This document shows, in pieces, positions 17,619-27,441 of a stretch of 64,000 nucleotides of DNA. Source of the stretch: a virus (lineage: Duplodnaviria > Heunggongvirae > Uroviricota > Caudoviricetes). Position numbers and translations under genes: made by a program. Location of the stretch: IMG/VR virus record IMGVR_UViG_2675903433_000022. One strand, written 5' to 3'. Position 1 is the first letter of the stretch; every line of letters begins with the position of its first letter. A model generated the notes under the pieces. It worked only from the letters and a program-made list of their open reading frames with translations. It was not told the origin of the DNA and did not search any database.

Positions 17619-18143
17619 TCAAAAAGGCAAAATTCGCTCAACCCAATCGAACAAAACAACTATTTTTCTACCGTTCTCGACACGTAGTGTAACCTGACAA
17701 GCATCTGCGCCTGCTGACACTCCCTCAATTTCACGGCCATCCGCCATGTACACCCTTATAGATTTGTTTGCTTTGTAGGCTTGGTTGCAAATTGCAAAAA
17801 AATCGCGGCGTGATGGCCGATTATCGACATAATCAGGGTGAACTGTTAGTCGACCTTTGAAATCGTGAGCGATACTGTCAACCACACCTGATTCAATTGT
17901 ACTAATGCGTTCAAGTGGGAGCCTTATACGATTTTCTTTATCAAAAGGGGCTGGGCAAAGGTCAACTTTGTTACGAGATGGCATGAGGCCATAAACGTAC
18001 ATGCAAAACGCCTGGCCATCTTCGAGAGTGACCCTTACAGGAATTTGTTCTCTGCGCCAGAACATCAGTAGTTTTTCAACGTTAGTGTAATCTCGCGGCC
18101 AGAGTTCAGCTTGGATACCGTAGGTAATATCTTTGGTTGTCAT
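17619..18143 (-). CDS. Hypothetical protein
   Basis: Start MTTKD directly after the upstream stop; track ORF to 18221 overlaps the upstream gene. Confidence 0.5.
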   Translation of the reverse strand: MTTKDITYGIQAELWPRDYTNVEKLLMFWRREQIPVRVTLEDGQAFCMYVYGLMPSRNKVDLCPAPFDKENRIRLPLERISTIESGVVDSIAHDFKGRLTVHPDYVDNRPSRRDFFAICNQAYKANKSIRVYMADGREIEGVSAGADACQVTLRVENGRKIVVLFDWVERILPF

Positions 18144-18147
18144 GTCA

Positions 18148-18612
18148 TCACAGAGTTGTTGGCAGAATGTCGATGTCACCAGAATTGCTGGTGAACACCC
18201 TGAACGCTTTTGTGTCTCCATTCTTCAGAGTCGTTTCTCGCTCTTGACGAGCGGGGTTTAGAGCACATAAACCTGCACCTTCAAGAGATGCACCCACAAT
18301 TAATTCTCCGGCATTTAAATGGAAAGTCGCTTTTTCGCCTGTAGCCAGTTTTGCGACAGTTTCGCCGTTGATGAAAATGGAAGCATCACATCCAGCTCCT
18401 ACAAAACCTGTGTCTCTCATTACCACCAACGTAGCTGGCGCTGCGCTTTGATACTTGAACACTTTGGCCTGCGGTGCTGGTTTGGCGTCATGGATTGATA
18501 TTGGGCGTGATTGGCACGCGGTAAGCATCAACACTGGTAACGTTAGTAGAGGGAGAAGCGAGTATTTCATGATAGTTTTAGAACAGAAAGTGAACAGTAT
18601 GGGAGACTTCAT
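18148..18612 (-). CDS. Putative lipoprotein
   Basis: Signal peptide with lipobox LTAC (…LPLLTLPVLMLTAC); RBS agggagacaaag before the first ATG; a shorter start at MKYSLL is possible. Confidence 0.6.
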   Translation of the reverse strand: MKSPILFTFCSKTIMKYSLLPLLTLPVLMLTACQSRPISIHDAKPAPQAKVFKYQSAAPATLVVMRDTGFVGAGCDASIFINGETVAKLATGEKATFHLNAGELIVGASLEGAGLCALNPARQERETTLKNGDTKAFRVFTSNSGDIDILPTTL

Positions 18613-18638
18613 CTTTGTCTCCCTAATTGATAGCGTGA

Positions 18639-18917
18639 TTATTTTAATCTGCTTAATAGCGTTTCGAGATCTTCCTTTGTCATATTAGAGTTCTCATAGA
18701 TACGCATGATTTTCTCACGAGTCTTAGCGGAAGCCCCGACAGAAGATATAACCTTGTCAAAGTCGGCCATTGTCAATTGTTCCAGAATGGTATTTATGAC
18801 TTCAGCCTTAGACATTTTGATATTTTTTTCTTTTAGTTTCACTTGAAACTTTCCAAGTTTGTCATTGGCCTTATCAGACAATGCTACCTGACAATAAGTT
18901 GTTTTCTTTTCACTCAT
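18639..18917 (-). CDS. Hypothetical small protein
   Basis: 92 aa, immediately downstream of the helicase gene on the minus strand. Confidence 0.5.
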   Translation of the reverse strand: MSEKKTTYCQVALSDKANDKLGKFQVKLKEKNIKMSKAEVINTILEQLTMADFDKVISSVGASAKTREKIMRIYENSNMTKEDLETLLSRLK

Positions 18918-18919
18918 AA

Positions 18920-20479
18920 CTAATCTCGTTTCAGAACTCCAAAATCGAATGCTCCATCAATAGGCAATACACCTTCTGCAAAGCCAGGTGTGGTGTCGAT
19001 GATGTGTTTTCGCTCATAAGAGTGAGACAACAGGTATTTGTTGCTAATGTCAATGAAATCAGTGATAAAACACACGTTTGCCTGATTTTTTTTGGCTCGT
19101 AAGCCACGACCGACACGCTGCCTCATTTCAACTTCTGCTTTCCCACCACCAGCAAGAATGACCGCACCAACGCTTGGCACATCAACACCGACATCCAGAA
19201 TAGTCGAGCCTATTAAAACATCTATTTCTCCAGACGCTAAACTGTTCAGCTTTGCTTGCCTTGTCGCCTGGTTAGATTCCCCATAGATGAAGTCAACTCT
19301 AAGGCCGGACTCTTTCATCATTTCCATCAGGATTTGCCCGTGGCGTTTAAGACGAACCAGAGTCATACAATTGAGAGAATGTTGCTTATAGAGCAATGCT
19401 TCGCGAACAATGGCCTCGTTACGTCCCAAATTATACACGATCCCCAACTGATAAGCCTTTTGGTAGGCGGTGCTCATACCAACTCTAAAATTGAGGTGTT
19501 TGTTGGCAAGTTCGGCCTTGATTCTGGCCTCGTCTGGCTTGTAGGCAACTTTATGATAAAGGAAGTACGGCTTTGCCAGAATGCCTCGATCAATCAGGTA
19601 CTTTTCTGTGACTTTAATTTCAATTCGCCCGGCCACCGCCATCAGGCGCATGTTGGCTTCCGTCGAATCCTTCATGAACGGCGTGGCTGTAAGCGCCAGA
19701 CGATAGTCTGCGTTCACACATAATCTGGCGATGTCATAGAAATTTGAGCCTGAAGACTCATGCGCCTCTTCCAGAATAAGAAGAGAGACACTTGAAAGGA
19801 AGCGTTTCACCAACTCCCGACGTTTGAGGTGGTAGCTTTTCTTATCTGGTGTTGCATCGCGTGGTGGTTCTTCGAGGAAACTTGCAAGAGTTTGAACTGT
19901 AGCGACGTTGATATGTCGTGATACCTGGAACTCACCCGAGCCAATGACTCCAACCTTTTGGTCTTTTAACCACGGTTCGCCATTTTCGGCGCGGTAGTCG
20001 ATGGATCTCTGGAAGTTTTCGGCCATTTGAAACATCAGAACAGAGCGGGTTGTTAAAAATAATGTCATTCGACCGATACGTGCAGCTGCTTTGCAGGCAA
20101 CGTTAGATTTCCCGCCACCAGTAGCGATCTGCGCAATCATCATTCCCTCTCGAACCAGTGTTTCCACAGTCTGATCCTGATACGCATAATCAGGATTGTA
20201 TGGGAATGGGTTAACCGCCGGATTTGGTTTACCAAGCGCCGGGGCTTTGTCTTTGCGGATATGAACACATTTGATGCCCGCCTTGTTCAAGTTCGCCGCT
20301 ACAGGCTTGGCAAAGCCAGCAGGGAACGAGTTTTTACTCCAGTTGAACATCGTGCTTGTGCCCTTCCAGTCGCCAGTCTCGACTTCGTAGCTCAACATTT
20401 GCTGCACCAGTTGCTTTACCTTGTCATCTGCGCCAGAAATAAGCGCATTTACTGCGTTAGATACAATCCGAACAGTCAT
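18920..20479 (-). CDS. Superfamily-2 DEAD/DEAH-box helicase
   Basis: Walker A IATGGGKS, DEAH-type LILEEAHE, TATP motif, C-terminal helicase motifs (GRGLR). Confidence 0.8.
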   Translation of the reverse strand: MTVRIVSNAVNALISGADDKVKQLVQQMLSYEVETGDWKGTSTMFNWSKNSFPAGFAKPVAANLNKAGIKCVHIRKDKAPALGKPNPAVNPFPYNPDYAYQDQTVETLVREGMMIAQIATGGGKSNVACKAAARIGRMTLFLTTRSVLMFQMAENFQRSIDYRAENGEPWLKDQKVGVIGSGEFQVSRHINVATVQTLASFLEEPPRDATPDKKSYHLKRRELVKRFLSSVSLLILEEAHESSGSNFYDIARLCVNADYRLALTATPFMKDSTEANMRLMAVAGRIEIKVTEKYLIDRGILAKPYFLYHKVAYKPDEARIKAELANKHLNFRVGMSTAYQKAYQLGIVYNLGRNEAIVREALLYKQHSLNCMTLVRLKRHGQILMEMMKESGLRVDFIYGESNQATRQAKLNSLASGEIDVLIGSTILDVGVDVPSVGAVILAGGGKAEVEMRQRVGRGLRAKKNQANVCFITDFIDISNKYLLSHSYERKHIIDTTPGFAEGVLPIDGAFDFGVLKRD

Positions 20480-20543
20480 AAACCTCTTTCCTTAGTGCCT
20501 TTTGTATGTTATTTGGCTATTATAATAAGTAAGTGATTACTTA

Positions 20544-21242
20544 GTGGATTGTAGCAATAAAATGGATGTAAAAATCACGATTTTGCAGGTTGATGTTGCC
20601 AACCTTCGCCCGAATACCTGGAACACCAATTCGGTTGGTGCGCAGAATTTTGAAAAACTGAAAGGTTCTATCGAAAAATTGGGCTTTTTTAAGCCAATTT
20701 TGGCTCGTGAACTTGAAGATGGATTTTTTGAAATCCTCGGCGGCGAACATCGCTGGCGTGCTGCTATTGAGCAAGGAATTTCAACGGTTCCGGTGCTTTC
20801 TGTGGGCAAAATTAGCGATGTCGTAGCTAAACAGATGTCACTGGTGGACAACGAGCGATACGGTGAAGACGACCAAATCGCATTGCAACGCTTCATTGAA
20901 GAAATTCAGTCAGAACTTGACTATCAACTGTCTGAAATCGCCCCGTATGACGACGAAATCTCGATGGTTTTAGCAAAAGAGGCGGCAATCGACCTTGAAG
21001 CACTGGAGGCGTTGTCTCGTGGTAGTGATGAGCCTGTCGATACCGACAAACGAGAGAAAACCGAACGTGTGGGGGCGGAACATCAGACCATGCGCTTCAA
21101 AGTAACTTTCGATGCGTCAGATCGTGTTGCAGAAACCATAAAAAACATCATCAAAGAGCAGGCTATTAACACCGGTAATGAAATGGAGAACGCTGGTGAG
21201 GCTCTGGTGTGGCTGGTCGACTACTACAAGGAGCGTATGTAA
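20544..21242 (+). CDS. ParB/Srx-fold (ParB N-terminal domain) protein 1
   Basis: VANLRPNTWNTN and GGEHRWRAA motifs typical of the ParB nuclease-like domain; start ambiguous (GTG 20544 or ATG 20562). Confidence 0.7.
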   Translation: MDCSNKMDVKITILQVDVANLRPNTWNTNSVGAQNFEKLKGSIEKLGFFKPILARELEDGFFEILGGEHRWRAAIEQGISTVPVLSVGKISDVVAKQMSLVDNERYGEDDQIALQRFIEEIQSELDYQLSEIAPYDDEISMVLAKEAAIDLEALEALSRGSDEPVDTDKREKTERVGAEHQTMRFKVTFDASDRVAETIKNIIKEQAINTGNEMENAGEALVWLVDYYKERM

Positions 21243-21910
21243 TGACCAAAAAGTTTGAAATCGTATATCGCGACCCGGCAGATCTTATTCCCTATGAGAT
21301 GAATGCCAAAAAGCATGATGAACAGCAGATCCGAGATCTGGCCGCAGCCATTAAAAAGCGCGGATTTGACCAGCCAATTACGGTCGATAAGAACGACGTA
21401 ATTATTACTGGCCACGGCCGCCGTGAGGCTGCAATTTTTGCTGGACTTGAGCGCGTGCCGGTTATTGTTCGCGATGATCTCAGTGATGACGAGGTTCGTG
21501 CGAAGCGCCTTGAAGATAACCGACTTGCCAGCATTGATTACGATGCAATTAAGCTACAGAAAGAGCTTGAGTCGCTTGTTCTGGACGATATCGAGGTTTT
21601 CGGCTTTGAAGAGCGTGAGTTGAATGTTCTCGTTGGCAGTATGACAGAAGAAATGGACACCGACTCGCTAGTTATCGATCTTGGCGAAGAAACTAAACGA
21701 CAGAAGGATGAACACACCGAGATCAGTCGCGAAGTTGCAGCGGAAGAAGTACGTGTTGTCGACGTATTGGGCTTTAAAACGCTTCCTGCTGGCTCTGCCA
21801 TTGTTGTTGGTGATTTGCTTGCCCACATGGAAGAAATGACGGGAGAGAGCGGGGTAGACGCATTTGTGGCATATGCGGAGAAGATCTCTTCCGGGGAGAT
21901 GGCTGCATGA
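21242..21910 (+). CDS. ParB/Srx-fold (ParB N-terminal domain) protein 2
   Basis: LIPYEMNAKKH...GHGRREAA motifs; ATG overlaps upstream stop (TAATG); RBS AAGGAG. Confidence 0.7.
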   Translation: MTKKFEIVYRDPADLIPYEMNAKKHDEQQIRDLAAAIKKRGFDQPITVDKNDVIITGHGRREAAIFAGLERVPVIVRDDLSDDEVRAKRLEDNRLASIDYDAIKLQKELESLVLDDIEVFGFEERELNVLVGSMTEEMDTDSLVIDLGEETKRQKDEHTEISREVAAEEVRVVDVLGFKTLPAGSAIVVGDLLAHMEEMTGESGVDAFVAYAEKISSGEMAA

Positions 21911-22572
21911 GCAAATACATCATCAACGTATCGTTTCAGACTCGCGTAAATAAAACCACGCGCACATTGGAAATCGCTGAGTCGTTCGGGCTTGGCCTGG
22001 ACGAAAAAGAGTGGACGCTTTACGACAATCTGGAGCTGGAAGTGAAGCAGGGCGATGTGGTGTACATCACCGGCCAATCCGGTTCCGGCAAATCCGTTGT
22101 GCTGCGCGAGTTGCAACGACAGATGAAGGATGAAGGGCTGTCTGTAGCCTCCATCGATGATTTTACCTTCGATAATGAGGTTAACGTCATCGATCAGTTG
22201 GGCAAAACGACCAGTGATGCGCTTGGGTTGTTATCTATGGCTGGTCTGAACGATGCATATCTGTTTGTTCGCAAGCCTTCTGAAATGTCAGACGGCCAGA
22301 AATATCGTCTCAAGATTGCCAAACTGATTGAGTCAGGCGCTAAAGTGTGGGCTGCTGACGAGTTCGGCGCTGTTCTCGACCGTGTAACCGCTCAGGTTGT
22401 GGCGTCTAACCTCCAGCGTGCCGCTCGAAAGGTTGGTGCGACGGTAATGGTGGCGACGACTCACGAAGACCTGAAGAACGCGCTGCGCCCGGATATGCAG
22501 ATCACCAAGCACTACAAAGAACGCGTGAAGGTGGAATATCACAATGGTAGTCATGATGAGGTCCATTCATGA
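21907..22572 (+). CDS. ABC-type ATPase (no transmembrane partner)
   Basis: Walker A GQSGSGKS, signature-like MSDGQKYRL, Walker B VWAADEF, H-loop TTHE; ATGA-coupled. Confidence 0.7.
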   Translation: MSKYIINVSFQTRVNKTTRTLEIAESFGLGLDEKEWTLYDNLELEVKQGDVVYITGQSGSGKSVVLRELQRQMKDEGLSVASIDDFTFDNEVNVIDQLGKTTSDALGLLSMAGLNDAYLFVRKPSEMSDGQKYRLKIAKLIESGAKVWAADEFGAVLDRVTAQVVASNLQRAARKVGATVMVATTHEDLKNALRPDMQITKHYKERVKVEYHNGSHDEVHS

Positions 22573-23459
22573 CGGACATCATCATTAAACGCTACCGCCC
22601 TGAAGAGTTTCCGCGTCATCTGGACTTTCTGGAGCGAATGACTGTTACAAAGGGAACTGTAGAGGACTGGCACGCTCTTAAGTCGCTTCACTACAAAACA
22701 GACGGCAAACCTTTCGCGCCAACTTACTATCGCTGCGAACTTGATGACCGTCTGGTGGGCGTCGTGGTTATGGCTTACCCGAAACTACTGTTGGCACCTC
22801 GCCACCGCATGTTTCCTAAGTTGAAACCAACCACTAATACCACCGTGGCTAACCAGTACTGGGGTCGGTACGTGAATAACAACTTTGCGGTGATCAGTCG
22901 CTCAGTTGTGGATACTCAGTATCGTGGCGTAGGCGTCTCTTATCGAATGATTAACCTGGTTAGCAGGATGCATGACCGGCCAATCATTGAGATCCAGTCC
23001 TCGATGAGCAAATACAATCCCTTCGCCATGAAAGCAGGGTTTAAGTTCATCCGCCCTGAGCGACCGAAGAGCTATGAAAGTGCACTGCGTGTATTCCAGC
23101 GCCATTTCCGTTCCGACCCGGGTGATAACGAGGCGATCGTCAAAGAGTTGTTCGCAATGAGCGAGTCTCGTCGTCGCCGTGCACTGCGTGATCTGGTGGC
23201 GGACTACCACAAGAACAGTTCCCTGGCAAAAGCTGGGCGGAATCGTGGCACTACGATTCAGGACATTGCCGACAGTCTGGTGGACGAGGCCAGCATTGTG
23301 AAGCTGCTCAAGGACATTCACAACCTGAGCTTTACGTCTCCGTTGTATGGTGTGTACCGAAACCCTGACTTTGGCCGTCGACTGCCTGACACGCTGCCAC
23401 TGCTGGCATTCGACAAACAACCTTTGGATAAACCGTTAGAAATTGCTTTACCGGCATAA
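22569..23459 (+). CDS. Hypothetical protein with GNAT-like acetyltransferase motif
   Basis: VVDTQYRGVGVSYRMINLV resembles GNAT motif A; ATGA-coupled to the ATPase gene. Confidence 0.5.
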   Translation: MTDIIIKRYRPEEFPRHLDFLERMTVTKGTVEDWHALKSLHYKTDGKPFAPTYYRCELDDRLVGVVVMAYPKLLLAPRHRMFPKLKPTTNTTVANQYWGRYVNNNFAVISRSVVDTQYRGVGVSYRMINLVSRMHDRPIIEIQSSMSKYNPFAMKAGFKFIRPERPKSYESALRVFQRHFRSDPGDNEAIVKELFAMSESRRRRALRDLVADYHKNSSLAKAGRNRGTTIQDIADSLVDEASIVKLLKDIHNLSFTSPLYGVYRNPDFGRRLPDTLPLLAFDKQPLDKPLEIALPA

Positions 23460-23468
23460 GGATTTGCC

Positions 23469-23735
23469 ATGACGTTAACCGACAAACAAAAGGACATCAT
23501 CAAAACGCTCAATCTCGGTTATGAGCGAGGTCATCTACTTGATCTGGACGAATTGCTTGAAGTTTTGCCGTACAAGACAACCAAGCAAAGTATCCAGTTC
23601 TCAATTCGCGCTCTGATAAAAAAGGGGCTGGTGGAGAAAGGGCATACGCGCCAACGCAGTGACAATCGCTATCACCGCCGGACTCTTGGGTTAACCACTT
23701 TAGGTCGAGCCAAAGCGAAGTTACTGGTGATGTAA
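23469..23735 (+). CDS. Small basic putative DNA-binding protein
   Basis: 88 aa; RBS AAGGA; sits immediately upstream of the packaging genes. Confidence 0.5.
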   Translation: MTLTDKQKDIIKTLNLGYERGHLLDLDELLEVLPYKTTKQSIQFSIRALIKKGLVEKGHTRQRSDNRYHRRTLGLTTLGRAKAKLLVM

Positions 23736-23758
23736 TCGGTCTGGGAGCTTATTTAAAG

Positions 23759-23815
23759 ACCTGCTTCTGTATATATAAATAATAAGTAACTTATTAAATA
23801 TATACGGAAGCAGGC
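23759..23815. repeat. ~56-bp imperfect palindrome, copy 1 (cctgcttctg-core-cggaagcagg)
   Basis: Second copy at 56808-56866 has an identical 36-bp core with the flanking stems reverse-complemented. Confidence 0.6.
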
Positions 23816-23877
23816 TTCGTAAGACATGCCAGACCTAATTAAACACCCCAGAAAACAAGTTGGTTAGCAGATGCAGT

Positions 23878-23890
23878 AAACAAGTTGTTT
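23878..23890. promoter_or_regulatory. AAACAAgTTGTTT palindrome upstream of terS
   Basis: Perfect copy, with an imperfect copy at 23853-23865. Confidence 0.45.
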
Positions 23891-23930
23891 TAGAGCGCAT
23901 GGACGCGCTCTGTGTGTTTTAGAGGGATCT

Positions 23931-24563
23931 ATGACGGTCGAAAAAGACGAGGTAAAAACTCGCCTGACACCAGCGGAGTGGGCCGAAGCTGAAGCCAAAT
24001 GGACGTCAGGCGAATATACACTCTCAAAGCTGGAGGAAGAGTACGGCATTCGTCGTGAAACACTCTCCAGACATTTCAAAAAGCGAGGATTAGAGAAAGG
24101 CGCGGACTCTGTTGGGAAGATGGTTCGTGAGTCTCTTAAATCTGACGCAGAGCTTCGCGCTAAAGCCCGTGCGGAAAAGATAGAAGAACGTCGTACACGT
24201 TATGACGGCTGGGCGTATGCGTTGGGGCAGATGGTGATGGTCGAAGTCACTACGGCCAAACGTGAGGGTAAGCCTTTAGGGGCGATTGAGGATTCTCTCA
24301 AGAGCTTACAGAGAGCCAGTAATACCCTTGCAAAATGCTTTGAAGTTTCGTCCAAAGCATTGGGCATGGATCATGCGGAAAATGACGAGGAAGAAATTCC
24401 GAACCTGGTATTTGGTGAGCTTACGCCTTCCCAGGTGGCGAAATTACGTCAGGAAGACGACGAGCCTGAAATCATCGATGACGAATTGCTTGAGACGTTG
24501 GAAGAAGAAGCTCTAAGCGAATTTGATGCGACAGATGATGGAATTGAAGGGGAGGACGAATAA
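23931..24563 (+). CDS. Terminase small subunit (putative)
   Basis: 210 aa directly upstream of and overlapping terL; HTH-like LSKLEEEYGIRRETLSRHF; acidic C-terminus. Confidence 0.6.
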   Translation: MTVEKDEVKTRLTPAEWAEAEAKWTSGEYTLSKLEEEYGIRRETLSRHFKKRGLEKGADSVGKMVRESLKSDAELRAKARAEKIEERRTRYDGWAYALGQMVMVEVTTAKREGKPLGAIEDSLKSLQRASNTLAKCFEVSSKALGMDHAENDEEEIPNLVFGELTPSQVAKLRQEDDEPEIIDDELLETLEEEALSEFDATDDGIEGEDE

Positions 24564-25819
24564 TGGCAATCCCGTCCTCGCTCAGTCTTGTGCAACTGCA
24601 TTCTGGACAGATGAAAGTCTTCCAGTCTCCGCATCGATTTAAAGTTGTTTGTGCTGGTCGACGCTGGGGAAAATCCCGGTTGTCGATCTCCACTATTATT
24701 CGTGCGGCGGCAAAGGAAAAAAAGCAAAGAGTCTGGTATGTCGCTCCTACTTACCAGATGGCTCGCCAGATTTTGTGGGACGATCTACAGGAAGTTCTGC
24801 CTCGTAAGTGGGTTAGGAAAAAGAACGACACCACGATGACAATCGTGTTGAAGAACGGTTCGGAGATCGCCCTCAAAGGTGCTGATAAGCCTGACACTCT
24901 GCGCGGCGTAGCGTTGCATTTTGTAGTGCTTGATGAATTTCAGGATATGAAGGCTGACACCTGGTACAAGGTGTTACGACCTACTCTTTCATCGACACGC
25001 GGCGGTGCACTGATCATTGGTACGCCAAAAGGCTTCTCGGAATTTCACAAACTGTGGACTATAGGCCAGAACGTAGAGCTGCAAAGAAAGGGACAGTGGA
25101 AGAGCTGGCAGTTTGTAACTGCCGATTCTCCGTTTGTACCTACGGCGGAAATTGAAGCTGCTAAGAATGATATGGACCCGAAATCGTTCGCTCAGGAGTA
25201 CCTGGCGAGCTTTGAGAACATGTCCGGGCGCGTTTACTACCCGTTCGATCGTAACGTGCATGTAAAACCGCTTCAGTTCAACCCTCGGTTGCCTATATGG
25301 GTAGGGCAGGACTTCAACATTGACCCGATGTCTTCAGTAATTTTGCAACCTCAGCCAAATGGTGAGCTATGGGCAATTGATGAATTGGTGCTCTTTTCCT
25401 CTAACACGGCAGAGGTTTGTGATGAGCTTGAGAGACGCTTCTGGCGCTGGAAATCACAGATAACGGTATTTCCAGATCCGGCAGGTGCTTATCGCCAACA
25501 TGCTCGCGGGGAGTCTGACGTCGACATATTCAAAGAGAAGGGATTCTTACGTGTCGATTATTCGAAAAAGCACCCGCCAATTGCGGATCGTGTTAATGCT
25601 GTTAACCGAATGCTGATGACCGCATCTGGAGATATCCGGTTGTATATCGATCCGAAGTGCAAGCATTTGATTGATTCACTGGAAAAAGTCATCTACAAGC
25701 CTGGAACACGAGATATGGATAAGACAGGTGGCATTGAGCATAGTGCAGACGCATTGGGCTATCCAGTACATCGTAGGTATCCAGTCAAAAACCGTGTTAT
25801 TCTTGGTGGTTCTCGATAG
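24563..25819 (+). CDS. Terminase large subunit
   Basis: 418 aa; Walker A-like VVCAGRRWGKS; gene order terS-terL-portal. Confidence 0.8.
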   Translation: MAIPSSLSLVQLHSGQMKVFQSPHRFKVVCAGRRWGKSRLSISTIIRAAAKEKKQRVWYVAPTYQMARQILWDDLQEVLPRKWVRKKNDTTMTIVLKNGSEIALKGADKPDTLRGVALHFVVLDEFQDMKADTWYKVLRPTLSSTRGGALIIGTPKGFSEFHKLWTIGQNVELQRKGQWKSWQFVTADSPFVPTAEIEAAKNDMDPKSFAQEYLASFENMSGRVYYPFDRNVHVKPLQFNPRLPIWVGQDFNIDPMSSVILQPQPNGELWAIDELVLFSSNTAEVCDELERRFWRWKSQITVFPDPAGAYRQHARGESDVDIFKEKGFLRVDYSKKHPPIADRVNAVNRMLMTASGDIRLYIDPKCKHLIDSLEKVIYKPGTRDMDKTGGIEHSADALGYPVHRRYPVKNRVILGGSR

Positions 25820-25834
25820 GTAAGTAATTATCTA
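25817..25834. promoter_or_regulatory. TAGGTAAGTAATTATCTA, copy of late-region ATAAGTAAGTA-type motif
   Basis: Intergenic between terL and portal; one of at least 14 related copies. Confidence 0.4.
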
Positions 25835-25845
25835 AGGTTATTCAA

Positions 25846-27420
25846 ATGGAATTGAACGACAAACAAATTAAGGATCTGGTGGCGCGACGCCACCCGGAAT
25901 ACGAAAAGAAAAAAGAACATTGGGACTTCCTCGCCAGCACTTACGCTGGCGGGCGTGGTTGGTTTACAGACAATATCTTTCGTTACTTTAAAGAGGGAGA
26001 TCAGGAGTTTAAGGAGCGAGTTGAGCGTGCTTATCGCTTCAACCACACTCGTGAGGTGGTAAACCTCATCAACAAATATCTCTTTAAAGAAGACATTCAT
26101 AGAAATATCGAAGAGGCACCAGAGCAGATCCGCAATTTCTGGAAACGTGCGACTCGCCAGAATGCCTCTATTGACTCATTTATGGCCGCTATTGATTTGC
26201 AGTCGTCTATTTACGGTCGCATATGGGTTGTTGTCGATAGCACGATGAGTGGTGATGTTGAGTCAGTAGCTGACGAGAAAAAGAAAGATGCTCGCGCCTA
26301 CGCCTACTGGATTTCACCTCAGCAAATGCTGGATGTGGCATGGGACGACGACGGGAATATGTTGTGGGCGTTAATTGTGGAAGTCGCTCGTGATGACGCA
26401 GATCCTTTTACTTCTACAGGTCAGGAATACCAACGTTATCGTCTGTGGACACAAAACGAGTGGTATCTGTTCCGTGAGGAAGTGAAGAAGGGCGCTGGTG
26501 GAGCAGGTCGCCGTCAGGCAAAAGTTATTTTAGAGGATAGCGGTGAGCATAATCTCGGCGTAGTTCCTGTGTTTCCTGTTGATTGTATTGGAGAAAGTGA
26601 ATCACCGTATTTCAGCCCATCGTTGATCGATGATATCGCTTATCTTGATCGTGCGGTTGCAAACTATCTGTCAAACCTTGATGCCATTATTCAGGATCAG
26701 ACATTTAGCCAGTTGGCTATACCGGTACAGTCGCTTTTACCTGGTGATGAAAACCACACTAAAGTGCTTGAAATGGGCACAAAGCGAGTCTTCACCTACG
26801 ATTCTGAAGGTGGAAACCAGCCGTTTTATCTGTCACCAGACCCGAAACAAGCTCAGATGATCATCACTACGATTAAGACGGTGATTAACGAAATCTACCA
26901 TTCAGTTGGTGTAGCTGGTGAGCGAACGAAGCAGGACAACGCACAGGGAATCGATAACTCATCTGGTGCCGCAAAAATGTATGACTTCCAGCGTGTAAAT
27001 AGCTTGCTTGTCACAAAAGCAGAGCGTCTGGAAAGGGCTGAACGCCAAATCATGCTACTGGTTGCGAAATGGATGGGGGTAGATCTGGACGAAGACCACT
27101 CTTTAATTGCGTATCCAGAAAGTTTCGATATTCGTGGCCTTACAGATGAATTTTCTGTTGCCGAGAAACTGTCATTACTTCAGGCACCGGACTCTGTACG
27201 TCGTCACCAGATGGAAATGCTTATTGAGAAGATTTTCCCGAACATTACTGAGGCGATGAAAAAGGAATTTGATAAAGATCTCTTGAATTTTCCGCCAAAA
27301 AATGATCTAAATACCCTTGAAAATAAGTCAGTACTTACTTATGATCGTGGTACAGCCCAAGAAAGCGGGCAAGATCAACCCCGAGGGAATGGGGACTCAT
27401 CTACTCAAGAGAACGAGTGA
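25846..27420 (+). CDS. Portal protein (putative)
   Basis: 524 aa, immediately after terL and before scaffold and capsid genes. Confidence 0.7.
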   Translation: MELNDKQIKDLVARRHPEYEKKKEHWDFLASTYAGGRGWFTDNIFRYFKEGDQEFKERVERAYRFNHTREVVNLINKYLFKEDIHRNIEEAPEQIRNFWKRATRQNASIDSFMAAIDLQSSIYGRIWVVVDSTMSGDVESVADEKKKDARAYAYWISPQQMLDVAWDDDGNMLWALIVEVARDDADPFTSTGQEYQRYRLWTQNEWYLFREEVKKGAGGAGRRQAKVILEDSGEHNLGVVPVFPVDCIGESESPYFSPSLIDDIAYLDRAVANYLSNLDAIIQDQTFSQLAIPVQSLLPGDENHTKVLEMGTKRVFTYDSEGGNQPFYLSPDPKQAQMIITTIKTVINEIYHSVGVAGERTKQDNAQGIDNSSGAAKMYDFQRVNSLLVTKAERLERAERQIMLLVAKWMGVDLDEDHSLIAYPESFDIRGLTDEFSVAEKLSLLQAPDSVRRHQMEMLIEKIFPNITEAMKKEFDKDLLNFPPKNDLNTLENKSVLTYDRGTAQESGQDQPRGNGDSSTQENE

Positions 27421-27441
27421 TAAGTAACAAAGGGAATTTTT

